Below, piece by piece: positions 37,939 through 51,430 of a stretch of 64,000 nt of DNA; position 1 is the first letter of the stretch, and every line of letters begins with the position of its first letter. Source of the DNA: Malacoraja senta (lineage: Eukaryota); NCBI GenBank assembly GCA_038087875.1, contig JAXLNO010000676.1:1-64000 (forward strand). Direction: 5' to 3'. Position numbers and translations under genes: made by a program. Below the pieces are notes generated by a model that worked only from the letters and a program-made list of their open reading frames with translations, ran no database searches and was not told the origin of the DNA.

Positions 37939-38389
37939 AAGTGGCTCAGCAGTAGAGTTGCTGCCTCACAGCGCCAGTGACCCTGGTTCGATCCTGACTA
38001 CGGGTGCTGTATGTATGTACGGAGTTTGTACGTTCTGACCGTGACCGCGTGGGCTTCCTCCGGGTGCGCCGATTTCCTGGTTAATCGGCTTCTGTACAAT
38101 TGACCCTAGTGTGCAGGATAGAACTAGTGTACGGACGATTGCTGATTGCCGCAGTCTTGGTGGGCCGAAGGGCCTGTTTCCACCTTGTATCTTTATATCT
38201 GAGGCTGAGAACCAGAGGACATAGGTTTAAGGTGAGATGGGGGGGGGGGGGGGGGAGATTTAATAGGAATCTTTAGTTTAGAGATATAGCATGGAAACAG
38301 GCCCTTCGTCCCATCGCAACATTTAAGAAATAGAAGAATCAGGAATTGATGGTGCAGCTTTTTATAAAACTGCATTTCCAGGAACTATC

Positions 38390-38572
38390 TGCTTAAGAAG
38401 GAACTGCAGATGCTGGAAAAATCAAAGGTAGACAAAAATGCTGGAGAAACTCAGCGGGAGAGGCAGCATCTATGGAGCGAAGGAATAGGCGACATTTCGT
38501 GCTGAAACGTTGCCTATTTCCTTCGCTCCATAGATGCTGCCTCACCCGCTGAGTTTGTCCAGCATTTTTGTC
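38390..38572. mobile_element. Fold-back Penelope pLTR insertion
   Basis: About 70-bp inverted arms; TSD TTTCCAGGAACTATC at 38375 and 38573. Confidence 0.85.
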
Positions 38573-41500
38573 TTTCCAGGAACTATCATCAGGTTTAAGA
38601 AAAATTGAGACAGGAACATGGATAAGATATGGATAAGATAATTGAGACAGGATCATGGATAAGATATGTTTAGATGGATATGGGCCAAATGCAGGCAGGT
38701 GGGACTCGTGTAGATGGGACATGTTGATCGGCGTGGGCAAGTTGGGCCAAAGGGCCTGTTTCCACGCTGTATCACTATGACTCTAAATTGTCTCCTTGTT
38801 AGGTTGGGGGGTGGGGTTTAGAATGACAGAGGATTTACCATATGACGATATGAATATTATATATCATAAGGTCATAAGTGACCGTTAGATTTAGCTCCTA
38901 GGGACTATCCGACTATTGATCACCCATTCACACCAGTTCATTCTTGCTATTGAGGGAGTGCAGCGTAGGTTCACCAGGTTAATTCCCGGGATGGCAGGAC
39001 TGACCACCATATGATGAAAGAATGGGTCGACTGGGCTTGTTTTCACTGGAATTTAGAAGGATGAGAGGGGATCTTATCGAAATATATAACATTCTTGAGG
39101 GATTGGACAGGCTAGATGCAGGAAAAATGTTCCCGATGTTGGGGGAGTCCAGAACCAGGGGTCACACAGTTTAAGAATAAGGGGGAGGCCATTTAGGACT
39201 GAGATGAGGAAAAACTTTTTCACCCAGAGAGTTGTGAATCTGTGGAATTCTCTGGCTCAGAGGGCGGTGGAGGCCGGTTCTCTGGATGCTTTCAAGAGAG
39301 AGTTAGATAGAGCTCTTAGGGCTAACGGAATCAAGGGATATGGGGAGAAAGCAGGGATGGGGTACTGATTTTGGACGATCAGCCATGATCATATTGAATG
39401 GCGGTGCTGGCTCGAAGGGCCTGCACCTACTCCTGCACCTATGTTTCTATCATGTGTGACTCTATGACTAAACTAAACCACATCCCCTCTCCGTCTGCTC
39501 TTTTGTGCTAAATAAGGACCTATTTATTACGTCTGCCCTGGGTACGCTCGCAGCTCATTAAAAGTTGCAATAACTTTGTAATGATCTCTTCAGCACCGCA
39601 CCATTAATGTCAAAACCCACCGACCCAGAAACACAAAGGCTACAGTGACGCTGCCTCCACCATGGCTTGTCACAATGCCAAATCTAATCTTGGCTGGGGT
39701 CAACATTCCGAATCGCCTCACATAACAACACCGTGGGAATGCAGCAGTGGGTTGGTTTTTTCTCGTTCAGTTCACGAGTTCGCAAGTTACGGGAGTAGAA
39801 TCAGGCCATTCGGCCCATCGAGTCCACTCCGCCATTCAATCACGGCCGATCTCTGCCTCCCAATCCCATCTTCCTGCCTTCTCCCCATGACCCTTGACGC
39901 CGGCTCCAATAAAAAATTTGCCTACCTCTGCCTTAAAAATATCCGCTGACTTGGCCCCTCCACAGCCCTCTGTGGCAATGAGTTCCACAGATTCACCACT
40001 CTCCGACTAAAGAAGTCCCTCCTCACCTCCTTTCCAAAAGAGCGCCCTTTCATTCTCAGGCTATGACCTCTGTCCTAGACTCTCCCGCCAGTGGAAACAT
40101 CCTCTCCACATCCACTCTATCTATGCCTTTCATTATTCTGTAAGTTTCAATGAGGTCCCCCCTTAACCTTCTAAACTCCAGTGCGTACAGGCCCAGCGCT
40201 GTCGTGCTAACCCACTCATTCCTAGGATCTTTCTTGTAAATCACCACTGAACCCTCTCCAGAGCCTGCACACCCACAGTTCAGAGATACGGCGGGGAAAC
40301 AGGCCCTTCGGCCCACCAGGTCCGCACCGACCAGTGATCCCCGCACATTAACACTACCCTACACGCACACACACACACTAGGGACAATTTTTAAAACATT
40401 TTTACCAAAGCCAATTGACCTACAAACTTGTAGGTCTTTGGAGTGCGGGAGGAAACCGGTGCAGCCCGAGATTGGGTGGGCCGAAGGGCCTGTTTCCGCA
40501 CGGTATTTCTAAACTAAAGCTACACTAAACAAGACCGTGCAAATTACATTCAATGATAGCCACCGACTTTAACCTTGCCAGAAGTAAAATACCTCACAAA
40601 GCATTTCAGAAAACTACCTACAGTAGGAATGCAGACAAGTCCTGTGAAGTCTGGGTGTGTGTGCGTACGAAGAAATTGAAAAACACTTCTGTAAATTACA
40701 AATACGTTTTTCAGTAGATAAAACTAATCAAGATAGACCCAAATTGCTGGAATAACTCAGCGGGTCAGGCAGCATTTCTGGAGAGGAGGAATGGGTGATG
40801 TTTCGGGGTCGAGACTCTTCTTCAGACTGAGTCAGAGACGGGGGGTCACTGTAGGTATGAGAAGGTACAGAACAAAGCCATCTTCAGTGAACCATTTTAA
40901 GTTCATGAGGTCGTAAGGAATAGGAGTAGAATTAGGCAATTCGGCCCATCAAGTTTACGATAGATCAACCTTTCAATTATAGCTGATCTTATCTCCCCCT
41001 CTTAATCCCATTCTCCTGCTTTCTCCCCATACCATCTGACACCTGTACTATCTCTCTATCTATCTCTGCCTTAAAAATATCCACAGACTTGGCCCCCACC
41101 GCCTTCTGTGGCAAAGAATTCCACACATTCAGCGCCATCCGACTGAAGAAATTTCTCCTCATCCCCTTCCTAAAAGAACGTTCTTTAATTCTGATGCTCT
41201 GACCTCTAGGCCTAGACTCTCCCACTAGTGGAAACATCCTCTCCACATCCACTCTATCCAAGCCGTTCACTATTCTGTACGTTTCAATGAGGTCGCCCCC
41301 TCTTTGTTCTAAACTCCAGCGAGTACAGGCCCAGTGCCGACAAAAGCTCATCATAGGTTAACCTACTCATTCCCGGGATCATTCTTGTAAACCTCCTCTG
41401 GACCCTCTCCAGAGCCAGCACATCCTTCCTCAGATATGGTGCCCAAAATGGCTCACAATATTCCAAATGCGGCCTGACCAGCGCCTTATAGAGCCTCAGC

Positions 41501-41652
41501 ATTACATCCCTGTTTTTGTACACAAGCCCTCTTGAAATAAATGCCGGCATTGAGTTTGCTTTCTTTATTACTGATTCTGTGTCTATCTTCAGTGTAAAAG
41601 CTTTGGTCTGCACCTTCCCATATGTCCAGTATCCCCCTCCCTGACTCTCAGT

Positions 41653-41680
41653 CTGAAGAAGGGTCTCGACCCGAAACGTC
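41653..41680 (+). ncRNA. Minimal hammerhead ribozyme motif in a Penelope pLTR (representative; intact cores also at 43978-44005, 48313-48340, 52028, 52070, 57159-57186, and on the minus strand near 6941-6968 and 50801-50828)
   Basis: CTGAAGA-A-GGGTC TC GACCC-GAAAC-GTC: conserved core, stem II and GUC cleavage triplet. Minimal hammerheads are an established feature of Penelope-like elements. Confidence 0.8.
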
Positions 41681-44214
41681 ACCTATTCCTTCTCTCCAGA
41701 GATGCTGCCTGACCCGCTGAGTTACTCCAGCTTTTTGTGTCCATCATTTACCTCATTGGAGACTCTCAGACTATCTTCAATCTGACTTTACTGGACTTTA
41801 TCTTGCGCTAAATGTTATTCCCTTTATTCTGTATCTGTGCACTGTGGATGGCATGATAGTAATCTTGCATCGTCTTTCTGCTGACAGGATAGAACACACC
41901 AAAAAAAGCTTTTCACTGTACCTCAATACATGTGACAACAAACTAACCTAAATCCAGGGTAAAAGTGGTCCAGGCGACATAGAGGTGGGTAAGAGGAGGG
42001 AGTGTTACTTGATCATCTCAGGAGAAAGTCACAGCCGTCATCTGAGAAGGCTTAGGAGGTTCGGCATGTCCCCAACAACTCTCACCAACTTCTGCAGATG
42101 CGCCGTAGAAAGCATTTTATCGGGATGCATCGCTGCTTGGTTTGGGAACAGCTCCATGCAAGCCCGCAAAAAACTGTGGACGCAGCCCAGACCATCACAC
42201 AAACCAACCTCCCTTCCATCGACTCCATTTATACCTCACGCGGCCTCGGCAAGGCCAGCTGCTGCTGACTGGTTAGGCCATAAGAGATAGGAGTAGAATT
42301 AGGCCATTCGGGCCATCAGGTCTACTCCACCATTCAATCGTGGCTGATCTATCTCTCCCTCCTAACCCCATTCTCCTGCCTGCTCCCCATAACCTGTAGC
42401 AATTCTTGCTATTGAGGGAGTGCAGCGTAGGTTCACAAGGTTAATTCCCGGGATGGCGGGACTGTCATATGCTGAGAGAATGGAGCGGCTGGGCTTGTAC
42501 ACTCTGGACTTTAGAAGGATGAGAGGGGATCTTATTAAACATATAAGATTGTTAAGGGTTTGGACACGCTAGAGGCAGGAAACATGTTCCTGATGTTGGG
42601 GGAGTCCAGAACCAGGGGCCACAGTTCAAGAATAAGGGGTAAGCCATTTAGAACGGAGACGAGGAAACACTTTTTCTCACAGAGAGTGGTGAGTCTGTTG
42701 AATTCTCTGCCTCAGAGGGCGGTGGAGGCAGGTTCTCTGGATACTTTCAAGAGAGAGCTAGATAGGGCTCTTAAAGATCGCGGAGTCAGGGGATATGGGG
42801 AGAAGGCAGGAACGGGGTACTGATTGTGGATGATCAGTCATGATCACATTGAATGGTGGCTCTGGCTCGAAGGGCCGAATGGCCTACTCCTGCACCTATT
42901 GTCTATTGTCTGTACAAATAAAAAAACATGTGCTTGTTAGCACACAACTACAGCTTTTCACTGTACCTCAGTACACGTGACAATCAACTAAACTAAGATG
43001 ACTTTACTGCTGGTTCGTCCAGTGAGGCTCTGTGGGTGGAGCTGAGGGATGAAAAAGGGGATGATCACCTTGTTGGGAGTGTACTACAGGCCCCCCAAAT
43101 AGTAATCGGCAATTTAGTTTAGTTCATTTTAGAGATACAGCGCAGAAACAGGCCCTTCGGCCCACCGAGTTCGTGCCGACCAGCGATCCCCGCACACTAA
43201 CACTATCCTACACACACACTGGGGACAATTTACATTTTATACCAAGCCAATTAACCTTTGGAGTGTGGGAGGAAAGCAAAGATCTCGGAGGAAACCCACG
43301 CAGGTCACGGGGAGAACGTACAAACTCCGTACAGACAAGCGCCTGTAGTCGGGATCGAACCCGGGTCTCTGGCGGTGCAAGGCAGCAACTCTGCCGCTGC
43401 GCCACCGTGACGCCCTAAATTAGAATGAGAAGAACAAATATGTTGGCAGATTGCAGGCAGCGGCAAGACTTATAGGGTTGTCATAGTACTGGATTTTAAC
43501 TTTCCCAATTTAGACTGTACTGTCACAGTGCCAAAGGCTTAGATGGGGAGGAATTTGTCAAATGTTTTCTCAGCCAACATGTAGAGGCCTAGAGGCCTCT
43601 ACAAGGGAGAGGGCAAAGCTCGATCTACTCTAAGGAAAGGCCCAGAGACTCTTGCCCAGAGTGTACAGGAATTGAAAACCAGAGGACATAGGTTTAAGCT
43701 GAGGGGGGGAGGGGGAAGATTTAATAGGGAACTGAAAGGTATTTTATTTTTTACACAAAGGGTGGTGGCTGTATGGAACTGTATGGAGGTGGTCGAGACA
43801 GGTGCTATCGTAATGTTTAAGAAACAATTGGACAGGTACATGGATAGTGAGTTGGAAGGAACTGCAGATGCTGGTTTAAACCGAAGATACACACAAAAAG
43901 CTGCGGTAACTCAGCAGACAAGAGAAGGGATGGCTGACGTTTCTGGTCGAGACTGAAACCTTTGGTAAGGTTCGGGACTGACGAAGGGTCTCGACCCGAA
44001 ACGTCACCCATTCCTTCTCTCGCTTGGTGAGGGGCCTCGCATTGACCATTACCTTCTAAGAGGTAAGGCCAAATCAGTCGAGTGCAGCCCAGTGGCAGGT
44101 TAACCACCACAGTCCACAGGGTATCAGCACCCCAGGCCAAGCTCAACCAAGTACAGTCCCACCCACGGACACGAGTCCAGAGCCCAACCAGCCACAGTCA
44201 GCGGTAGAGAGGAA

Positions 44215-44530
44215 GATGGAAGGAAAAAAAGCCGAATGGAGCCGTCACTGGCTGTGGCTGAAGGGAAAAGATGCTGTCTGGGCTGTAAGGGGACCATCTA
44301 GAGGCTAACCATAAGACACACACCCAGGGCTGACCACCCTGCGGTGGGCCTGCCTCGACTGAGGGTGTCTTGTGATAAAAGGCCGAAACACCCAGTGACG
44401 TTGAGGTACAAAACTGAAGATGTGTCTGATTGGTAGAAAAATCACCCAGTGGTCACCCCCAAGAATACCGGGTGTCAGTTGTGGTGAAGAAACCTTAGGG
44501 ATTGTAACATCCAGTCCTACTGATCAATAT
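44215..44530 (+). mobile_element. Second Hero-clade 3' end (different subfamily)
   Basis: Encodes ..SRHWLWLKGKDAVWA, like SSNWLWLKRKDSNWA at about 23500. Both copies end TAGGGATTGTAA.ATC.AGTCC. Confidence 0.75.
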
Positions 44531-45751
44531 CCAGAGATGCTGCCTGTCCCGCTGAGTTACTCCAGCATTTTGTGTCTGTCTTAGGTACATGGATAGACAA
44601 TAGGACAGGTTGAGAGGGATACGGGCCAAATGCTAGTGTAGCTAGTGTAGATGGGACATGTTGGTCAGCGTGTGCAAGTTGGGCCGCTGGGCCTGTTTCC
44701 ACGGTGTATCACTCTATGATAATGGAATTGGAATGGGCAAGTGACTGAAGTATTAGTGGGAGAGTACTTTGCGGCCGTGAGCATCGCTCTATTTGCTTTA
44801 CAAAATGTTATAGATAAGGATAGGGCTGGTCCACAAGCATCGTGCAAGGTGGCACAGCAGTAGAGTTGCTGCCTTAAGGCAGCAGAGACCCGGGTTGGAT
44901 CATGACCACGGGTGCTGTCTGTACGGAGTTTGTACATTTTCCCCGTGGGTTTTTCCTCCGAGTTCTTCGGTTTCCTCCCGCACTCCAAAGACGTCCAGGT
45001 TTGTAGGTTAATTGGCTTGGTATAAGAGTAAATTGTCCCTAGTGTGTGTAGGGCAGTGTTGGTGTGCTGGGATCGCTGGTCGGCGCGGACTCGGTGGGCC
45101 GAAGGTCGGTTTCCGCACTGTATCTCTAAACTGTATCTCTCAACCATTAAGGGTTTGGACACGCTAGAGGCAGGAAACATGTTCCCGATGTTGGGGAGTC
45201 CAGAACCAGGGGCCACAGTTTAAGAATAAGGGGTAAGCCATTCAGAACGGAGATGAGGAAAATCGTTTTCACACAGAGAATTGTGAGTCTGTGGACTCTC
45301 TGCCTCAGAGGGCGGTGGAGGCCAGTTTTCTGGATGCTTTCAAGAGTTAGATAGAGATATCAAGGGATATGGGGAGAAGGCAGGAACGGGGTACTGATTG
45401 TGGATGATCAGCCATGAACACATTGAATGATGGTGCTGGCTCGAGGGGCTGAGTGGCCTACTCCTGCACCTAATGTCTATAAACTAAACTAAGATGATGC
45501 ACCAAAGTTCTGGAGGAACTCAGTGGGTCAGGCAGCATCTCTGGAGAACATGGATAGGTGACGTTTCGGATCGGATCCTTCTTCAGACTGAAGAAGGATC
45601 TGAAACTGAAACGTCACCCATCCTTTTTCTCCTAAGATTCTGCCTGACCCATGAGTCAGAATCTATCTTTGTCTACCTGTGTCTATCTTTGGTATACACC
45701 AGCATCTGGAGTTCTTTGTTTCCATATTAATATTGGGAATTGCTACCATGT

Positions 45752-46150
45752 GAGGCTGAGGAGGTTCAGCAAGTCCCCAACAACTCTCACCAACTTCTAC
45801 AGGTGCACCACAGAAAGCATTTTATCCGGATGCATCGCTGCTTGGTTTGGGAACAGCTCCATCCAAGACCGCAAGAAGTTGCAGCGGATTGTGGACGCAG
45901 CCCAGACCGTCACGCAAACCAACCTCCCTTCCATTGACTCCATTTACACCTCACGCTGCCTCGGCAAGGCCAGCAGCGTAATCAAGGACGAGTCGCACCC
46001 TGGCCACTCCCGCTTCTCTCCTCTCCCCTTGGGCAAAAGGAACAGAAGTGCGAAAAAGCACACCTCCAGATTCAGGGACAGTTTCTTCCCAGCTGTTATC
46101 AGGCAAATGAACCATCCTACCACAACCAGAGAGCGGTCCTGAACTACTAT
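45752..46150 (+). mobile_element. Rex/Babar-type LINE 3' fragment (others near 1358, 42040, 47415)
   Basis: LTNFYRCTTESILSGCIAAWFGN..IKDESHPGH..FRDSFFP. Confidence 0.88.
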
Positions 46151-46950
46151 TTCAGTACACGTGATAATAAACTAAACTGAACTGAACTTGAAAATGTCAT
46201 CTATCCATGTTTTCCAGAGCTGCGGCCTGTGTTACTCCTGCACTTTTGTGTAAACCAGTATCTGCAGTTCCTTGTTTCTACAATATTTATACCCTAACTT
46301 GATATTGGTTATTATTTTAAATAAGAGCAACAATCTCATTTAAATGAGACAAATTTAATCTGCTGACAAGTCAGTGTTGTTGCTCTTCGTGCAGCAAGTA
46401 CAGTATTGTGAACAAGTTTGGGCCCCATCTCTGAGGAAGGATGTGCTGGCTCTGGAGAGGGTCCAGAGGAGGTTTACAAGAATGATCCCAGGAATGAGTG
46501 GGTTAACATATGATGAGCGTTTATCGGCATGGGCCTGTACTCGCTGGAGTTTCGGAGGAAAAGGGGAGAACTCATAGAAAGGCTTGGACAGAGTGGATGT
46601 GGAGAGGATGTTTCTACTAATGGAGGCATCTGGGACCAGAGGTTACAGCCTCAGAATTAAAGGACGTTCCTTTAGGAAGGAGATGAGGAGAATTTCTTCA
46701 GTCAGAGGGTGGTGAATCTGTGGAATTATTTGCCGCAGAACATTGTGGAGGCCAAGTCAGTGGATATTTTTTAAGGCAGAGATAGATAGATTCTTGATTA
46801 GTACGGGTGTCAGAGGTTATGGGGAGAAGGCAGGAGAATGGGGTTAGGAGGGAGAGAGAGATCAGCCATGATTGAATGGCGGAGTAGACGTGATGGGACG
46901 AATAGGCCCAATTTTGCTCCTAGAACACATGAACTTATGAGTGTGTTTAC

Positions 46951-47046
46951 CTTTGCAGCCGTTGTGGGTGACTTTGGTCTGGTCCAGCCACTTAATGGAT
47001 CGGATGCTGCCTTCCCACTCAGCATTGGGATCCGCTCCTGGTGCAT
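46951..47046 (-). CDS. GCNT7: Penultimate coding exon (96 nt, phase 1-1) of a core-2/I-branching beta-1,6-N-acetylglucosaminyltransferase, GCNT7-like
   Basis: Minus strand: acceptor ctttcgcttaatag, donor G|gtaaac. Translates (D)APGADPNAEWEGSIRSIKWLDQTKVTHNGCK(G), matching the GCNT2/7 motif xPGxxPNAxWxGxxRxIKW...HxGCxG. It joins in frame to the exon at 34593. The 32-codon length and the GCKG ending fit GCNT7 better than GCNT2 (from recall of these proteins). Confidence 0.9.
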
Positions 47047-49139
47047 CTATTAAGCGAAAGAGTGCAACTTGGTGAACTCAAATAAAATGCGCTCTTCTCC
47101 CCTCTCCCCCATCGGACGGTCACGGTGGCGCAGCGGTAGAGTTGCTGCCTCGCAGAGCTTGCAGCCCCAGAGATCCAGGTTCGATCCAGACTACGGGCGC
47201 TGTCTGTGCGGAGTTTGTACGTTCTCCGAGATCTTCGGTTTCCCCCCACGCTCCAAAGACGTGCTGGTATGTAGGTTAATTGGCTTGGAGTATGTGTAAG
47301 TTGTCCCTAGTGTGTGTGTAGCACAGTGTTCGTGTGCGGGATCGCTGGTCGGCACGGACTCGGTGGGCCGAAGGGCCTGTTTCAGCGCTGTATCTCCAAA
47401 CTAAACTAAACCAAAGAAGTGTGAAAACGCACACCTCCAGATTCAGGGACAGTTTCTTCCCAGCTGTTACCAGGCAACTGAATCATCCTACCACAACCAG
47501 AGAGCAGTCCATAACTACTGTCTACCTCATCGGACTTTGCTGGCTTCACCTTGCACCAAACGTTATTCCCTTATCATGTATCTATACACTGTAAATGGAT
47601 CGATAGTAATCACATATTGTCTTTCCGCTGACTGGTTGCCACGCAACAAAAGCTTTTCACTGCACCTTGGTACATGTGACAATAAATTAAAGAGACATAG
47701 AAACATAGACACTCTTTTTCACACAGAGTGTTTAAGAAGGAACATTGAATTCTCCAATTTCCAGTAGCCCTTGCTGTCTCCTCCCTTTCTCAGCTCTCCC
47801 TCAGCCATCAGGCTCCTCTTTTCCCTTTTTCCTTTCTTCTCCCCGCCCTCCCCCCCACCCTCCATCAGTCTGGAGAAGGGTTTCGGCCCGAAACGTTGCC
47901 TATTTCCTTCACTCCATAGATGCTGCTGCACCCGCTGAGTTTCTCCAGCATTTTTATCTACCTTTTCTCACAGAGAGTGGTGAGTCTGTGGAATTCTCTG
48001 CCTCAGAGGGCGGTGAAGGCCGGTTCTCTGGATGCTTTCAAGAGAGAGCTAGAAAGCGGTATGAACATTGACTTCTCTAACTTCAAGTAACCCTTGCTTT
48101 CCATCTCTCCATCCCTCCCCTTCCCAGTTCTCCGACCAGTCTTACTGTCTCCAACTACATTTTATCTCTGTCTGCTTTGTTGTTACCTTCTCCCAGCTAA
48201 CAAGGATCTATTCTACATTTTCCTTGATCTCCATTCCCTTTGCCCTGTTTTCACACCTTACACATCCTTATCTCTGTATCTCCCCCCCCCCCCCCCCCCC
48301 CCCCGACGTCTGCTGAAGAAGGGCCTTGACCCGAAACGTCACCCATTCCTTCTCTCCAGAGATGCTGCCTGTCCCGCTGAGTTACTCCAACATTTTGTGT
48401 CTTATATCTTTGGTTTAACCAGCATCTGCGGTTCCGTCCTATACATGAATAAATTGTTTGGCAACTATACTTCGTTGAGAATGTTTGAAAATGAATTGGC
48501 AATGTTAACCTGTTCAGTGCCATTCCTGAGCATACTTGGTTCATGGCCAATAGTGGGGGAAAAAACACGGCAGTGAACAGGTTAAAGGTCACTGATAACT
48601 CATGCATCGTATGACTGCACCCATGCACGGTATGAGGTCAGGATCGAACCCAGGTCTCCAGGGCTGCGAGGCAGCACCTCTACCAGCTACGCGACTGTGC
48701 CGCCCTTACATGGGTAGTGATGTTCACGTTCATAACTTCTAGGAGCAGAATTAGGCCATTTGGCCCATCGAGTCTACACCAACTTTCAACCATAGCTGAT
48801 CTATCTCTCCCTCTCACCCCATTCTCCTGCCTTCTCCCCATGACCCCTGCCATCCATACAAATCAAGAATCTTTCAATCTCCATCTTAAAAATACCCATT
48901 GACTTGCCCTCCACAGCCATCTGCGGCCATGAATTCCACAGATTCACCACCCTCTGACTAAAGAAATTCCTGCTCATCTCCTTCCCAAAAGAACATCCTT
49001 TAATTCTGAGGCTGTGACCTCTAGTCCTAGACTCTCCCATTAGTGGAAACATCCTCTCCACATCCACTCTATCCAAGCCTTTCACTGTTCTGTATGTTTC
49101 AATGAGGTACCCCCCTCATCCTTCTAAACTCCAATATTC

Positions 49140-49339
49140 NNNNNNNNNNNNNNNNNNNNNNNNNNNNNNNNNNNNNNNNNNNNNNNNNNNNNNNNNNNNN
49201 NNNNNNNNNNNNNNNNNNNNNNNNNNNNNNNNNNNNNNNNNNNNNNNNNNNNNNNNNNNNNNNNNNNNNNNNNNNNNNNNNNNNNNNNNNNNNNNNNNNN
49301 NNNNNNNNNNNNNNNNNNNNNNNNNNNNNNNNNNNNNNN
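49140..49339. other. Assembly gap (200 N)
   Basis: Run of Ns. Confidence 1.
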
Positions 49340-50359
49340 GGAGACCAGCGTGGGTTCGTATCCCACTTTACAGGCGCAGACTTGGTAAATCGGGTTTCAC
49401 TGTACATTAATTGGTACATGTGACAATAAACTGACCTTTGAAACTCAGCGGGCTAAAGGGCCTGTTTCCGCACTTTATCGCTAAACTAAACTATTGTCAC
49501 GTACACCGAGGTACAGTGTAAAACTTTTTTTGTTGCGTGCTATCCAGTCAGTCAGCAGATAGACCGTACATGATTACAATCAAGCTGTCCACCGTGTACA
49601 GATACAGGATAAAGGGACTAACATTAAGTGCAAGATAATGTCCACTAAAGTCTGTTTAAAGGTGGTCCGAGGGGAGATGGTAGGTCAGGACTCCTCCCCC
49701 CCCATGGTCTGGTATAACGAGGGTTTACTGAACATAGACACAAAATGCTGGAGTAACTCAGCGGGACAGGCAGCATCTCGGGAGAGATGGAATGAGAATA
49801 GACAATAGACAATAGGTGCAGGAGTAGGCCATTTGGCCCTTCGAGCCAGCACCGCCATTCAATGTGATCATGGCTGATCATCCCCAATCAGCACCCCGTT
49901 CCTGCCTTCTCCCCATATCCCCTGACTCTGCTATTTTTAAGAGCCCTATCTAGCTCTCTCTTGAAAGCATCCAGAGAACCTGCCTCCACCGCCCTCTGAG
50001 GCAGAGAATTCCGCAGACTCACCACTCTCTGTGAGAAAAAGTGTTTCCTCGTCTCCGTTCTAAATGGCTTACTCCTTATTCTTAAACTGTGGCCCCTGGT
50101 TCTGGACTCCCCCAACATCGGGAACACGTTTCCTGCCTCTAGCGTGTCCAAGCCCTTAACAATCTTATATGTTTCAATGAGCTACCCTCTCATCCTTCTA
50201 AACTCCAGAGTGTACAAGCCCAGCTACTCCATTCTCTCAGCATATGACAGTCCCACCATTCCGGGAATTAACCTTGTAAACCTACGCTGCACTCCCACAA
50301 TAGCAAGAATGTCCTTCCTCAAATTAGGGGGACCAAAACTGCACACAATACTCCAATGC

Positions 50360-51430
50360 GTGACGTTTTGGGTCAAGACCCTTCAGACTGAAAGTCACGG
50401 GAAAGGGAAACAAGAGATATAGAAGGTGATGTGGAGAGATATTGAACAATGAATGAAAGATATAGAAAAAAGTAACGATGATAAAGGAAACAGGCCATTG
50501 TTCATGTTTGTTGGGTGAAAACGAGAAGCTGGTGCGACTTGGGTGGGGAAGGATAGAGAGAGAGGGAATGTCGGGGCTATCTGAAGTTAGAGAGATCAAT
50601 ATTCATACCGCTGGGTTGTAATCTGCCCAAGCGAAATATGAGGTGCTGTTCCTCCAATTTGCGTTTAGCCTCAATATGACAATGGAGGAGGCCTAGGACA
50701 GAAAAGTCTGTGTGGGAATGGGAAGGAGAATTAAAGTAGACAAAAATGCAGGAGAAACTCAGCGAGTGAGGCAGCATCTACGGAGCGAAGGAAATAGGCA
50801 ACGTTTCGGGTCGAAACCCTTCTTCAGACTGATGTGAGGGGGGGGGGGGGGGGTGGGAGAAAGAAAGGAAGAGGTGGAGCCAGTGGGCTGAGGGAGAGCT
50901 GAGAAGGGGAGGAGAAAGTAAGGACTACCTGAAATTAGAGAAGTCAATGTTCATACCGCTGGGGTTAAAGAATTAAAGTGTCCAGCAACCGGGGAGATGA
51001 GGTAGATTCAGGCGGGCTGAGCTAAGGTGTTCAGCAAAACGATCACCCAGTCTACATTTGGTCTCGCCGATGTATAAGAGTCCTCATCTTGAACAATGGA
51101 TACAGTAGATGAGGTGGAGGAGGTGCGTGAACCTCTGCCTCACCTGAAAGGACTGTCGGGGTCCCAGTACGGAGTCGAGGGGCGAGGTATAGGGGACAGG
51201 TGTTGCATCTCCTGCGGTTGCAGGGGAAGGCACCTGGGGAGGGTAGGAAGTTGGGTGGGAAGGGACGAGTTAACCGGGGAGTTGCGGAGGGAACGGTCTC
51301 TGCGGAAGGCGGAAATGGGTGGAGATGGAAGATGTGACTAGTGGTGGGATCCCGTTGGAGGTGGCGAAAACGTTGGAGGATTAGGTGTTGTATGCGACGG
51401 CTGATGGGGTGGAAGGTGAGGACTAGGGGG
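50360..51430 (-). mobile_element. Nested Penelope-like elements (GIY-YIG region plus pLTRs)
   Basis: VPLVLTFHPIS, CNRRRCNTC and KLEEQHLIFRLG motifs; a second pLTR lies at about 50737-50965. Confidence 0.85.

Noticed and set aside
49348..49368. tRNA-Leu T-arm-like GCGTGGGTTCGTATCCCACTT next to the gap
   Set aside because: Short, imperfect, lacks acceptor stem and CCA, and lies at a contig edge.
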